Shown one piece after another: positions 30,901-41,548 of a stretch of DNA of 64,000 nucleotides. The notes under the pieces are model-generated. The model was not told where the DNA came from, did not search any database, and saw only the letters and a list, made by a program, of their open reading frames with translations. Made by a program: the position numbers and the translations under genes. Source of the DNA: Truepera sp. (GTDB lineage: Bacteria > Deinococcota > Deinococci > Deinococcales > Trueperaceae); the NCBI GenBank assembly GCA_965218435.1, contig CBDCKW010000009.1, forward strand, positions 2,560,001 through 2,624,000, in the 5' to 3' direction. The first letter of the stretch is position 1. Every line of letters starts with the position of its first letter.

Positions 30901-31176
30901 CTGGGAACCGTGCAATTTGGCAAACGCCCGGTAAAGGAGCCACGGCGCGAGCACCTGCAAAACGCCGAAAACGAAGCCGCCCAGCCCCCGGTGGACGCCG
31001 AGGGGCAGCGCGAGTAACAGCGCCGCGCCCCACCAGAGCAGGTCGGAGCGGCGCAGCGCCCAACGCCCCGTTATCAGGGTTAACAGAGCGACGAAAGGAC
31101 CATAGGCGGGTAAAAAGGCAAAGCCCAACCCCAAGATAAACGTCAGCCCTTTAGTGACGGGAGTTGGAAGGGTCAT
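27904..31176 (-). CDS. Fusion: N-terminal O-antigen-ligase-like domain with inserted beta-sandwich, plus C-terminal WbaP-type undecaprenyl-phosphate sugar phosphotransferase
   Basis: C-term VILGAGQAG Rossmann-like region, [43 protein letters not shown]-term SGSREA and RITLWQTAW...PLWG...HARS. Confidence 0.88.
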   Translation of the reverse strand: MTLPTPVTKGLTFILGLGFAFLPAYGPFVALLTLITGRWALRRSDLLWWGAALLLALPLGVHRGLGGFVFGVLQVLAPWLLYRAFAKLHGSQVHSSQVHSSQIRSSQIRSSQIRSSQIHGFQVQLESSWIGLGLLTGLALIVALGLYRSLGGLTPDLAFWREQFGREPLHAQPQGSLFGHMVLTLGALVAVLLPQLRWQLLSLTLAALGVLVSGSREAAISWMIVAAALTVVGPARTPRTPRVPRRRLVTGAFSVMILVGVALLGPLFGWGNAGFLIDVAPAAVEDKNLLQGTEVVPGDWWNAVGVAVEDTPLTFSQASLTGYLIRKVEPGANARLQQVITLTRGEPYTVSLWLWADNRRLEPGVLVRAQTPNGSDTFLMQGTLTPPATATARPAAAATDQRKTGWQAAVTGPGRVLDAGMLETRGLWHRVYVTFVYEGSAPRLGGWLGFAPDRRVRSGSEAAFAGLQLEQGLSPTPYTPGAVAQGLSLQRTRITLWQTAWAGFVASPLWGQAGDFADFFRARWPDGEAPTHARSLPLQILFERGLFGFAGLLLFVVALGQVAVQKGDAAFVAVLSALLAANIFDVTLFSGQILYPLAAVAGWRAAAYRDTRAGERDSGMRQLGVRVALLLADFVMVLLAFNLAIWLRQWSTGWFGLTPINPQTSPLELTRYALLLWPAMAWREGLYPGYGLTEPQELSKQIVSAGYAGLILAVGTVLFNRELTIPRSILLLTIFLSMVLTPLGRAVMKRLLHRLRLWGRAVVILGAGQAGARVARALNKSPLDGLHPVAFFDDDAAKQGQIIEGLRVRGKLADADLYAIRRSVQHAIVAIPTATPQLLGGLINTRGRIFRRVQFIPDLVNLPSQGVFASDLDGMLALEVRLGLYSRFNQVVKRTVDLTGGVLGGLLISPVLLALALWVRLDSPGSSFYWSTRIGQKGKPFKCLKFRSMYTDADERLQAMLRDDPAVRLEYERFHKLENDPRITRAGSLIRKYSLDELTQLFNVVKGEMSLVGPRPYLVQELPDMRGLQDVILEAKPGMTGFWQVTGRSNVTFGERLEMESQYVRNWSLWWDIVLLVKTVTVVVARQGAR
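30807..30911. repeat. Intragenic 15-bp tandem repeat, 6-7 units (pentapeptide [10 protein letters not shown])
   Basis: GAATCTGCGAACTGC x2, GAATCTGCGAGCTGY x2, GGACCTGCGAGCTGT, plus degenerate flanking units. Confidence 0.95.
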
Positions 31177-33293
31177 TCGGGAGGGACCTGCCGAGCGTTC
31201 ACCCCTCTATTATGCTCGCCCGCACTTGCAACATGATGAATTGGCGCTTTAGCGGCGGTTACCGCGTGGGGCGCAGCGGGTTGAGCTGGCCCAAACACGG
31301 GTTGAGGTGCTGCTGGTAGTCGCTGAGAGGCTCTATGTGAAGTCCAAACGCCCAACGTCAAAAAAAGGGGGAACAAGACGCCCGCGTAAAAGAGCGTCGT
31401 GTCAAAGACGTTCATTAAGAGCACGCCGACCACGAGCGCCAGCGCCTTCGCGCCGCCCGCACGCCACACCAGATAACCTAAACCGACGGTTAAAACCGTG
31501 ATGGACAAAAGTCCTAAGACGCCGTAGCTCGAGGCAAACTCGAGCCACACATTGTGCGCGTGCTGCACCGCTTCGCCGCCGTGCGTTTCAGCCCAGTAGC
31601 GGGGAAAGCCGCCCGCCCCGAGACCCCGCAGTGGGTGCGTCACAAACGCCGCCCCCGCCTCTCGCCAGATGTCGCTGCGGGCCGTCACCTCGCCCAGACT
31701 AAAAAGCCGTAACGCCGAGAGTTTCGGCCATAAGACGCCCAGTAGCCCGAGACCGGCGAGTCCCAGCGCGACGAACCCGAGCCGCCGCGCTCCCTGCGGT
31801 AAACGCAACCAGACAAGCCACACCAGACCGCCGCTGAGTCCGATCAGCGCGGCGCGGCTACCGGTCAAGATCAGCCCGAAAAGGGTCAAGGCGACTAGGA
31901 CGCCCAAGAGCAGCGGCGACTGGATACTTAACAACCGGGCGCTGGGTGACCGGATATTAGACGACTGGGTATTAGACGACCGGATATTGGGTGATCGGGT
32001 ACCGGGCGCTGCGACGCTCAGTAGGGCCATAAGTGCGAGGCCGAGCGTTGCCAGCGTATGACCCGCCAAGTTGGGGTCACCAAAGATGATGGTCTGCCGG
32101 GTGCTCGAGACCGCTTCGGGCAGCCTCTTACCGGTTGCGTCCGTCAGGGTGACGTTACGCGTTGCCAGCACAAGTCCACTAGCACTCGAGAGGTGCGCCG
32201 TCACGGTATTATTCGCAGTGTTATTCATGGTGTTATTCACAGCGTCCCCGGCCTGCCGCCGGACCTTGACCTCGAGCTGTTGCCACTTAGGGGTCGGGAT
32301 AAACGACTGACCCGACTGCGCCTCCGGGCGCTCCCCCCAGGTGAGGTTCAGTGCGCCGCCCTGCGGCAAAAGTGGCTTTAGCTCCCTTTTAAGCGTAAAC
32401 AGCCTGACCCGCCTGACGTCATAGTTACCGGTCAGACCGCTGAGCAAAACCCGGACGACCGACGCGTCAACGGCTTCCGGGACATGCCACGACAAGCTGT
32501 AGCGCGTCCAGCTAGCGGTCAAAGTCAGGGGCAAACAGCGCCCACCCCCGCGGTACGCCCACGCTTGCAGCAAGAGACCACTGCACTGACGGCCGCCAAT
32601 CGGCGCACCTCGTACGATGCTCGTGTCCGCTTGGCCGTCAGTGGATGAAGTATCGGACGTTTCCAGATCAGACACTTTTGTAACATAAGCTGCCGCGTTA
32701 CCCTCGGCCCGCCTAAGGTCTACAAGAACCCGAAAAATGGTCCCTCCGAGCGGTTTTCGGAAGTCAAAGGTCCGCATTAGATAAGGGGGGCCTTTGGCGT
32801 CTTGCGCCGCCGGAACCTCTACGTGGGTATACGGATAATCCTTGCCGGTTTGGGGCGTAAGGACAAACTCGGCGTCCGAGCGAAACCAGTCCCAGGTGGG
32901 TTGTCCGGAAACGAGCCGAACCTCCGCACTGAGCTTGACCGGCCCGGTCGCGCCCACAGCGTTCCAACTGCGGTAGCCGTAACCCGAAACCTCAGCTTTG
33001 CGCCCTAACGCGCTCCACAGTCCCGCTTTATCCGAGACCTGCCAGTCATATTTGGACAGGTCACGCTCTAAAACGCCGCCCGCCAGTAAGAGCACCAACC
33101 CGCCCCCGAAAAACCAGCGCAGCGCCTGCGGCTTAACCGGTAAGAGCGCGACGAGGCACGCTAAGAACAGTTCTCCGACTAACCCGAGAAGAGCCGACAC
33201 CGAGCTTTGAAACACGGCGGCGTACAGGAGGAGCGGCGCAGATACGGCCAACCAGAGCAGACCGAGCGGCGCGGCGCGGCGCAAAGGGGGCAA
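31173..33293 (-). CDS. O-antigen ligase (WaaL/Wzy_C) family protein with large extracytoplasmic domain; start uncertain
   Basis: GDPNLAG, LTGSRAA, RSDIWREA...HPLRGLGAGGF, HAHNVWLE...GVLG. Confidence 0.85.
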   Translation of the reverse strand: MPPLRRAAPLGLLWLAVSAPLLLYAAVFQSSVSALLGLVGELFLACLVALLPVKPQALRWFFGGGLVLLLAGGVLERDLSKYDWQVSDKAGLWSALGRKAEVSGYGYRSWNAVGATGPVKLSAEVRLVSGQPTWDWFRSDAEFVLTPQTGKDYPYTHVEVPAAQDAKGPPYLMRTFDFRKPLGGTIFRVLVDLRRAEGNAAAYVTKVSDLETSDTSSTDGQADTSIVRGAPIGGRQCSGLLLQAWAYRGGGRCLPLTLTASWTRYSLSWHVPEAVDASVVRVLLSGLTGNYDVRRVRLFTLKRELKPLLPQGGALNLTWGERPEAQSGQSFIPTPKWQQLEVKVRRQAGDAVNNTMNNTANNTVTAHLSSASGLVLATRNVTLTDATGKRLPEAVSSTRQTIIFGDPNLAGHTLATLGLALMALLSVAAPGTRSPNIRSSNTQSSNIRSPSARLLSIQSPLLLGVLVALTLFGLILTGSRAALIGLSGGLVWLVWLRLPQGARRLGFVALGLAGLGLLGVLWPKLSALRLFSLGEVTARSDIWREAGAAFVTHPLRGLGAGGFPRYWAETHGGEAVQHAHNVWLEFASSYGVLGLLSITVLTVGLGYLVWRAGGAKALALVVGVLLMNVFDTTLFYAGVLFPLFLTLGVWTSHRASQRLPAAPQPVFGPAQPAAPHAVTAAKAPIHHVASAGEHNRGVNARQVPPE
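31918..32007. repeat. Degenerate intragenic 15-bp tandem repeat (SPNIR/SSNTQ/SSNIR)
   Basis: GACCGGATATTAGAC, GACTGGGTATTAGAC, GACCGGATATTGGGT and degenerate flanks. Confidence 0.85.
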
Positions 33294-33300
33294 AGAGCGT

Positions 33301-34518
33301 TTAATTAGGGGCGCTCCCCCGTAAAGAATCAGTGAATGCTCGGTAGCGTTCATCCATAAAGCGGCCGAACTCGGCCCTAAAACGCGGGATTGAAAAGGTT
33401 TCGGCGTGAGCACGGATAAGGGCCGGATCAAACGTCAGCGTTTCAAACTGCTGTACAGCTTCTTTAAGGCTGGCGACAGTCTGGGCGTCAAAAAAAACGC
33501 CGGTCGGGTCAGGCCGGTACCCGACGCCGCGAACGGTCTCGAGGCTCCCCCCTTTACCGAACGCAACAACCGGCGTACCGCACGCCTGCGCTTCTAACGG
33601 CACAATTCCGAAATCTTCTTCAGCAGCAAACACAAACGCCCTCGCACGCTGCATATGGTCTTTAAGGACTGAAAACGGTTGATAGCCCAGCAGCGTCACG
33701 TTCGGCCCCGCTTTAGCTTTAACCTTATCAAAGTCGGGGCCGGTATTAATGATGACGAGCTTTTTGTCGGGCATGTCAGAAAACGCTTGGGCGATCAGGT
33801 CCATTTTTTTATACGGCACCATCCGCGAAGCGGTGAGGTAAAAGTCTTCTTTGTCACAGTGCAACTCGAACCCCGCAGTATCTACCGGTGGATAGATGAT
33901 CGTTGAGGGACGGCGGTAGACCTTGTAGATACGCCGCGCGATAAACTCCGAGTTGGCGACAAACTCGTCTACGCCGTTGGGCGTACGAGAATCCCACAAA
34001 CGGATACGGTGCAGCAGATAGCGTGCCAGGGCGCTTTTGACCCCGCGCTCGAGGCCCGACTCTTTCAGATACTGAGCCTGCAAATCCCAAGCGTAGCGGA
34101 TCGGTGAGTGGCAGTAGCTGAGGTGCAACTGATCAGGGCCGGTTAAGACACCCTTAGCTACCGCGTGCGAACTCGAGATCACCAGGTCATAACTCGACAA
34201 GTCGAACTGCTCAATGGCCAGGGGCATCAGCGGCAAATATTGCCGGTACTTCGTTTTGGCGAACGGCAGGCGCTGAATAAAGGTGGTCGTCACCGGCTTG
34301 TGCTGGATGAAATCGCGCTGGTCTGAGGGAAGAAAGTCAACGACGCTAAAAAGGTCGGCTTGCGGCAATAAATTAAGTAGCTCTTCTAAAACCTTTTCGG
34401 CTCCGGCGTAAACGGTCAACCAGTCGTGAACGATGGCGACTCGAGCGTCTTTATACGAAGGTTCTTTATACAAAGGTTCTTTGGACAAGGGTTCGGTTGT
34501 GCCAGCTGGGTTGGTCAT
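33301..34518 (-). CDS. Glycosyltransferase family 4 (WbaZ-like)
   Basis: AIVHDWL..YAGAE, CHSPIRYAWD, EEDFGIVPLEAQACGTPV. Confidence 0.92.
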   Translation of the reverse strand: MTNPAGTTEPLSKEPLYKEPSYKDARVAIVHDWLTVYAGAEKVLEELLNLLPQADLFSVVDFLPSDQRDFIQHKPVTTTFIQRLPFAKTKYRQYLPLMPLAIEQFDLSSYDLVISSSHAVAKGVLTGPDQLHLSYCHSPIRYAWDLQAQYLKESGLERGVKSALARYLLHRIRLWDSRTPNGVDEFVANSEFIARRIYKVYRRPSTIIYPPVDTAGFELHCDKEDFYLTASRMVPYKKMDLIAQAFSDMPDKKLVIINTGPDFDKVKAKAGPNVTLLGYQPFSVLKDHMQRARAFVFAAEEDFGIVPLEAQACGTPVVAFGKGGSLETVRGVGYRPDPTGVFFDAQTVASLKEAVQQFETLTFDPALIRAHAETFSIPRFRAEFGRFMDERYRAFTDSLRGSAPN

Positions 34519-34563
34519 CGGCTCATTTCCGCTAATCGTAGGGTCTGCTCGGCGCTACTCGTT

Positions 34564-35502
34564 TCAAGCATACTTGGCCCGTTCAAACGCCAGCATTTCG
34601 TCTAACGTCGCTTCCAGTAAAATCGTAGGACGCCAGCCGACCGCGGCGCGCGCTTTGTCAGCGTTTCCGACAAGTTCGGGAATATCCGTTTGACGAGTGC
34701 GCGCCGGTTCGCTTATCAGCTCGACCTCACGCTGCGCCCGTGCTAGCACCAACTCGACGAGTTCTTTGACACTGACACCGCGTCCCGACGCCAAATTGTA
34801 CACCTCACCGTTTTCTCCTTCACGTAAAAGTTTAGGATACGCCCGCACCACGTCGCGGACATCGGTAAAGTCGCGCACCGAGCTCAGGTTGCCGAGTTCG
34901 AGGGTAGGCCCGAGCTGTCCCGCTTCGATCCGCGCAAGCTGCTGCACCAAGGTCGGCAGTAGAAAGTCGGGCGACTGCCCCGGCCCCACATGATTAAACG
35001 GGCGGACGCGGACAACGCGCCTCCCGGAAAGCGCGTACGGAAAAGAGGCGAACTCGGCGGCAAGCTTTGAAGCGCCGTAATGGTTGACGGGGTTGAGCGG
35101 TGCCGTTTCCGCTAGTGCGCCGGTCTGTGCGCCGTAGACGTAGGCGCTGCTGACCACAAGCACTGCCGCGCCCACCTCCGCCGCAGCTTCTAACACGTTG
35201 AGCGTACCTTGCAAATTGACATTGTAGAAGTCGGCGAGTTGACCCAGCGCAGGACGCGTAACCCCGGCTAGATGGTAGACCTCACGGGGCTGAAGCTCTC
35301 TAAAGACAGCACGCACCGCCGCGCCGTCACGCACGTCGAGCTTGACACGCTGGTCGCCCGGTGGATCGTCACGAAAGACTCCGGTCCAAACGCCCTCACC
35401 GAGCGCCTCGAGGTGCGCTTTCAAGTAGCCCCCAACAAAGCCGCCTCCCCCGGTAATCAGCGCCCCCCCCGGTACGCCTCTGCTTTTTTCAGCGTTTGTC
35501 AT
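34564..35502 (-). CDS. rmd: GDP-4-keto-6-deoxy-D-mannose reductase-like extended SDR
   Basis: LITGGGGFVG, YGASK, RPFNHVGPGQ, GNLSSVRDFTDVRD; adjacent to gmd. Confidence 0.72.
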   Translation of the reverse strand: MTNAEKSRGVPGGALITGGGGFVGGYLKAHLEALGEGVWTGVFRDDPPGDQRVKLDVRDGAAVRAVFRELQPREVYHLAGVTRPALGQLADFYNVNLQGTLNVLEAAAEVGAAVLVVSSAYVYGAQTGALAETAPLNPVNHYGASKLAAEFASFPYALSGRRVVRVRPFNHVGPGQSPDFLLPTLVQQLARIEAGQLGPTLELGNLSSVRDFTDVRDVVRAYPKLLREGENGEVYNLASGRGVSVKELVELVLARAQREVELISEPARTRQTDIPELVGNADKARAAVGWRPTILLEATLDEMLAFERAKYA

Positions 35503-35567
35503 CGTCCTTACCCCGGTATTCACTACGCGATTTTACGAACGTACCTGTGTGGACCTGAGCAGCGCGG

Positions 35568-36593
<1,026 letters not shown>

Positions 36594-36630
36594 TCAACCG
36601 CGTCGAGTAAAACTTCGAGTAAAACCCCGC

Positions 36631-37689
36631 TTAAAGCCCCAGCGCGTGCTCGGCAAAGTTCAGGACCTCACGGGTGGTACGGTCCCAACTAAAGCGTTGA
36701 GCTTGTGCGCTGCCCAGGGTACACAAGCGGGTTTGCAGGGCTTTGTCCTGCATGAACGTCTGAATTTTAGCAGAGATGTCGTCTTCGTCAAAAGGGTCGA
36801 AGTAGAGCGCCGCGTCGCCGCAGACTTCCGGCAAGGACGCGGCATGTGAACAGAGCACCGGGCATCCGAGCGTCATGGCCTCGAGGGGAGGAATCCCAAA
36901 CCCTTCGTAATAGGCCGGGTGAACGAAACCGGTGGCGTGTTCATAAAGCGCGCGCAGCTCACCGTCCGAGACGTAGCCGACGTGGAGGACGCTCGCCGGT
37001 AAAGCGCCGGTCGCAGCGTGAACCTTGGGGTTGCTACCGCCTGCAATCACAACCCGGAACGGGGTTTCGCCGAGCGTCTCGAGCGCGTGAACGAGCCGAC
37101 CGAAGTTCTTGTGCGGGCTGCTGCTGCCGACCGCGAGCAGATAGGGGCGGTCTTGCAGGTTGTGCTGAGCCAAAATACCGGGGTCGCTGGGGCTTTCTAA
37201 GACGTGCTCGCGGCCCAGATAAACAACCTTGAGTTTACGTTCAGGAATCCCGGCGCGGCGGACTAAATCTTGACGCGAAAACTCCGAATCCGTCAAGATA
37301 CCCCTGGCGTTTTCTCCGAGCCCCCGAAAGAGCACGTTGTACCAACTCCGAAACGCCCTCGAGTACGCCTCGGGTACCGCCATCGGCGCGGCGTCGTGGA
37401 GCGTCACCACCTGCCGTGAGTGAAAGATCGGCCCGGTATTGCAGAGGCTTAGGAGCGGCGCACCGTAAGCCAGACGTGCGAGCTCGAGCTGTTCCCACGC
37501 GTGCCCGGTCAGCCGCCCGGTGACTTCGGCCCCTAGCTGCTCGGCGAGCGCCTCGTGAACGACGCCTTTAGGCGTTAAAAAGCGAGTATCGGGGCGGAGC
37601 ACCTTGAGGCGTTTGGCAATCTCGACGGCGTAACGCTGCACCCCGACGATGGATTGCGTTAAAAACCGGGCGTTGACAACGAGCGTCAC
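36631..37689 (-). CDS. Glycosyltransferase family 4 (GT-B)
   Basis: NARFL...GVQRY, HKNF, YEGFGIPPLEAM..GCPV, SLPEVCGDAA. Confidence 0.92.
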   Translation of the reverse strand: MTLVVNARFLTQSIVGVQRYAVEIAKRLKVLRPDTRFLTPKGVVHEALAEQLGAEVTGRLTGHAWEQLELARLAYGAPLLSLCNTGPIFHSRQVVTLHDAAPMAVPEAYSRAFRSWYNVLFRGLGENARGILTDSEFSRQDLVRRAGIPERKLKVVYLGREHVLESPSDPGILAQHNLQDRPYLLAVGSSSPHKNFGRLVHALETLGETPFRVVIAGGSNPKVHAATGALPASVLHVGYVSDGELRALYEHATGFVHPAYYEGFGIPPLEAMTLGCPVLCSHAASLPEVCGDAALYFDPFDEDDISAKIQTFMQDKALQTRLCTLGSAQAQRFSWDRTTREVLNFAEHALGL

Positions 37690-39047
37690 GGCTTTGCGGG
37701 CGGGCGCAGCCCGGTGTGACGTCCGGCGTGGCCCCAGGCGCGGTAAAGGTAGAGCAACACGCCCAGATTGACCCAAAAAAACGCGTGCAAAAACTCGTAA
37801 CCGATACACATATTGAGAAAAATAGTCAGGGCTCCGATCAAAAAAGGTAGATAGTGTTCACGTTCAGGTTTGCTCAGGCGCGGCAGCACCCGGGTAAACT
37901 TACTAAATAGTACGATGAATAACAGCGCGACGAGTAAAAAGCCAAAGACCCCTGTTTCTGCGAAGATCGAAACAATATCGTTACCCGCCGTGTAGTTAGG
38001 ATTGTCGTAAGGGTTGTTAAAGAGCAGCGCCCCCCGGTAAGTGCCGTACTGACCGACGCCGATCCCGTCGAACGGTTCTTTTTCGATGATGGTGAGCATG
38101 ATACCCAGGTTGTCCAAACGGTCGGTAAAGGCTTGAGCCTCGAGCCCCTGCCTCAAGGTGTTGCGAAAAACCGGCAGCGTACTTACCAGGGCCGCACCGG
38201 GAGGGATCAAGAGCACCAGCAGCGCACCGAAAATGAGCCGGTGCTGCTTATAGATCGTGTCCACATAGAAGCCCACCGCAACGAGTGAGATCAGCGCAAA
38301 CTTCGACTGGGACAAGACGAGGGCCAGGAGACCCAGGAGCGCCAGCGGCCAGCAAAAGCGCACGTAGCGGCGGCTCACCATCAGCATCAAACCGGTTAAA
38401 AAAGCGACCGAGAACTGCTGCGGTTCAGCGGTCGTCCCGGCTAACCGAGGCAAAAACGAACCCGTCGGCCAGACCCCTAAAGAGCCGCCGAACGAGTGAG
38501 CCAAGACCTCGTTGGTACTGTGAAAGCCGGTCCAGTAAAGACCCAGCAGCACATAGGCAATGAGGATAGAAACGGCGGCGCTGACGATCAGGAGCAGCTC
38601 GAGCCACCTGAGCCGGACCAAACCCTCGGCGAGCGCGTAATAGACCAAAAACGCCACCGCGAACACCGCGACGTATTTGGACAACTCACTGACGTAGCGG
38701 AGCCAAGCAAAAATCTCGGTATTGGCCACGTTGGTGACGGTCGTCACCCCTAAAACGGCAAAAAACAGCAGCACGACCGCGAGGTAAAACCGCACCGCCG
38801 CGTTCGCCCGAAAACGCCCCCGCAGACAGATCGCCAGCGCGACCAGCGCCAAACCGACCCAGCCTAAGACGCGCTGAAACGGCAGCGCAACCCCGGCCAC
38901 GTCAGGGATACGGAGCCACGGAAACGAGTAGAGGAGCGCCGTCGCGTAGACGGTCGCGGCGATCAGCGGCGGCGTCCGCAGCAAACTTAAAAACCGTCCG
39001 GCCAGCCAATCCAAGTTGCTTTTTCTAAACGGGTAAACCTTCGCCAC
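37686..39047 (-). CDS. Wzy-like polysaccharide polymerase / O-antigen ligase family membrane protein
   Basis: About 11-12 TMs; RLAGTTAEP, SQSK, PFDGIGVG, AETGVFG. Confidence 0.75.
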   Translation of the reverse strand: MAKVYPFRKSNLDWLAGRFLSLLRTPPLIAATVYATALLYSFPWLRIPDVAGVALPFQRVLGWVGLALVALAICLRGRFRANAAVRFYLAVVLLFFAVLGVTTVTNVANTEIFAWLRYVSELSKYVAVFAVAFLVYYALAEGLVRLRWLELLLIVSAAVSILIAYVLLGLYWTGFHSTNEVLAHSFGGSLGVWPTGSFLPRLAGTTAEPQQFSVAFLTGLMLMVSRRYVRFCWPLALLGLLALVLSQSKFALISLVAVGFYVDTIYKQHRLIFGALLVLLIPPGAALVSTLPVFRNTLRQGLEAQAFTDRLDNLGIMLTIIEKEPFDGIGVGQYGTYRGALLFNNPYDNPNYTAGNDIVSIFAETGVFGFLLVALLFIVLFSKFTRVLPRLSKPEREHYLPFLIGALTIFLNMCIGYEFLHAFFWVNLGVLLYLYRAWGHAGRHTGLRPPAKP

Positions 39048-39257
39048 CCTACGCTCCTCATATGTTCAGCAGATATACTACGGCTCTATGTAGCCACTCA
39101 GCACCTATAGTTTAAGCTGCTACGGGTACCGCCTATACCTCTGCCAGTTTAACCAAAATTCGCTTTTTACGGGATACTCACAGATTAGGAAATTGTCGCA
39201 GCAGCCTAAGAAGTACGTGCTGGACGAATTATTTTAGTGAAGCTTAAGTTACCGAAA

Positions 39258-40172
39258 CTAGGCACTGACATTACCGCCGCGCAACATCACCCGGACGACG
39301 AGTTGGACGCGCCGCCACTGCTGCCGCCTTACCCGGTTGGCAAGGGCGACGAGGAGCCCCAGGTACACCGTAGGGAGCGCGTAGGGGTAAAAGCGGCGGG
39401 TAAAACGCACCCGGTTCTTAAGCGCGTAGAGGTCGGCGGTGTAGCTTTTAGCTGCTTTGGCGCGGTCGGTACCGCCGATACTCGAGCCCTCCTTGTGGTA
39501 GACGATACTTTTAGCCGCGTATCCGAGCCGAAATTGGCCCCGTGCCCGCGCCGCCCAATCGAGTTCTTCAAAGTATAAAAAGTAATCATCTTGCAGCAAC
39601 CCGACCGTTTCTAAAAAACGCCTCGAGGCGAGCGTAGACGCGCCGATGAGGTAGCTCAGTTTTTCTTCAACTTGACGTTCTAACGCCTCGGCGTTAAGGT
39701 CTTGCGGCCAAGTCTCATGTTGCCCGATATGCGCGACCGTCCCGAGCCAGCGGTTATAGCATGCGCCGCCGAGCGCCTGCACGGTGTCTCTTTGCTCTTC
39801 GTAAAGGAGCGTTGACCCGCATAAACCCAGGTCGGGCTCACGCTGCATCTTCTCGACGAGCTGCGTGAGGGCATCCGGTTCGACCACCGTATCGTTGTTA
39901 AGGAGCCAGACGTACTCGGCCCCATTGTCCAGCGCGTAACGGAGCCCGACGTTGTTACCTCCGGCGAAGCCCAGATTTGCGCCGCTCTGCAAGAGCGTCA
40001 GACCGGGGTGACGCCGCCGCAGTTCCGCTTCAGACCCGTCGCTCGAGGCGTTATCTACGACCACGACCCGGTAGTTGGGATAGTCAAGCCCGGCAAGTGA
40101 CCCTAGACAGGCGTCGGTGTCGCTTAAGCCGTTCCAGTTTAAGAGGACGATAAAGACAACCGGCGCGTTCAC
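39258..40172 (-). CDS. Glycosyltransferase family 2 (rhamnosyltransferase-like)
   Basis: LNWNG, VVDNASSD, NLGFAGGNN, LLNND, FLYFEELD. Confidence 0.92.
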   Translation of the reverse strand: MNAPVVFIVLLNWNGLSDTDACLGSLAGLDYPNYRVVVVDNASSDGSEAELRRRHPGLTLLQSGANLGFAGGNNVGLRYALDNGAEYVWLLNNDTVVEPDALTQLVEKMQREPDLGLCGSTLLYEEQRDTVQALGGACYNRWLGTVAHIGQHETWPQDLNAEALERQVEEKLSYLIGASTLASRRFLETVGLLQDDYFLYFEELDWAARARGQFRLGYAAKSIVYHKEGSSIGGTDRAKAAKSYTADLYALKNRVRFTRRFYPYALPTVYLGLLVALANRVRRQQWRRVQLVVRVMLRGGNVSA

Positions 40173-40192
40173 CTGATGTGGCGACCTCTGGG

Positions 40193-41548
40193 TCAGCGGC
40201 CTACCCCAACGTAGGTCAGCCCGGCTTCGCTGACCGTGGTCGGCTCGAGCATATTGCGTGCGTCTAAGATCAGATTGCCGCGCATCGCCGCTTTAATGTC
40301 CCCCAAGGGCAAACGGGTGTACTCGGACCAGTCGGTAGCAACGACGATAGCGTCACAACCTGCTGCAAGCTCGACCACCTTGTCGCAGTATTCAACCGGC
40401 AACTCTGGATAGAGGCGTTTCGTGTTCGGAACAGAAATCGGATCATGAACTTTGATCACTGCCCCACGTTCGTGAAGGTGCTCGATCAGCGTCAGGGCGG
40501 GCGAGTCCCGTAAATCGTCGGTATTGCCTTTGAAAGCAAGACCCAAAATTCCAATCGTGGTACCGCGCAAGACTTTGAGGTGTTTTTGCAACTTGTCAAT
40601 AACGTGGAGTCGCTGCCGCTGATTGACGCTGATCGCCGACTCGACAATCGGCATCTGATAGTCGTACCCCTTAGCCATTGACAAGATCGCACGAGTATCT
40701 TTGCCAAAACAGCTGCCGCCCCAGCCGATACCGGCTTGTAAATGCTTCGACCCAATCCGCGTATCTAAACCAATCGCCCGTGATACTTCGGTGATGTCTG
40801 CGCCGACGTGCTCGGCCAGGCGTGAAAACTCGTTGATAAAGCTGATTTTGGTCGCTAAAAACGAGTTGGCGGCGTATTTGGTCAGCTCGGCGCTCGTCGG
40901 GGTAGTGGTGATCAGGGCGGGCAGCGTGTAACGCTCCGGGCGCGGCGTTTCGGCCGGGTCGGGAAATGTTTGCTCTAAAAAGGGCGCGTAGAGGTTACGC
41001 AAAAGTCCGACCGCGGTCGGGTCGTCTGCGCCGATGACCACGCGGTCGGGGTAGAGCGTGTCGTGGACCGCTTTACCCTCGGCCAAAAATTCGGGGTTCG
41101 AGGCGACCCACACGTCCGCGTCAATCTCCCTGGCCGCGAGCGCCCGGTGGACGATTCCCTCGACGTGTTTGGCGCTGCCGATAGGGACGGTTGACTTATT
41201 GACCAAAACGAGTTTCGCACCTGTTTGAATCTGCTCGGCGACCTCTTTGGCGGCGGCGTCTACATATTGCAAATCGGCGTCACCGTTAGCTTTGGTCGGG
41301 GTCCCGACGGCAATAAACACGACACCGTTACCCGCGAGTTTGGGAATGTCGGTCTGAAACTTTAGATGGCCTTTGGCGCGGCTTAACAGCTCTTCTAAAC
41401 CGGGTTCGTGAATCGTCGCGTGACCTTTAGCCAAGGTTTCGACGATGCGTGGGTTTTTATCAACGCAGGTAACTTGGTGACCGACGTAAGCGAGAGCGAC
41501 GCCGGTTGTCAAACCAACGTACCCGGTTCCAATAATCGTAACGTTCAT
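40193..41548 (-). CDS. ugd: UDP-glucose 6-dehydrogenase
   Basis: IGTGYVG, KSTVP, SNPEFL, KYAANSFLA, GWGGSCFGKD, GLAFK..TDDLRDSP. Confidence 0.94.
   Translation of the reverse strand: MNVTIIGTGYVGLTTGVALAYVGHQVTCVDKNPRIVETLAKGHATIHEPGLEELLSRAKGHLKFQTDIPKLAGNGVVFIAVGTPTKANGDADLQYVDAAAKEVAEQIQTGAKLVLVNKSTVPIGSAKHVEGIVHRALAAREIDADVWVASNPEFLAEGKAVHDTLYPDRVVIGADDPTAVGLLRNLYAPFLEQTFPDPAETPRPERYTLPALITTTPTSAELTKYAANSFLATKISFINEFSRLAEHVGADITEVSRAIGLDTRIGSKHLQAGIGWGGSCFGKDTRAILSMAKGYDYQMPIVESAISVNQRQRLHVIDKLQKHLKVLRGTTIGILGLAFKGNTDDLRDSPALTLIEHLHERGAVIKVHDPISVPNTKRLYPELPVEYCDKVVELAAGCDAIVVATDWSEYTRLPLGDIKAAMRGNLILDARNMLEPTTVSEAGLTYVGVGR

Noticed and set aside
30807..30911. Repeat array as a CRISPR
   Set aside because: 15-bp units are contiguous, have no spacers, are in frame within a CDS, and no cas genes are present.
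35463..35470. G8 tract near the rmd 5' end as a phase-variation switch
   Set aside because: Only 8 nt and currently in frame; other 8-nt homopolymers occur in ordinary genes in this window.
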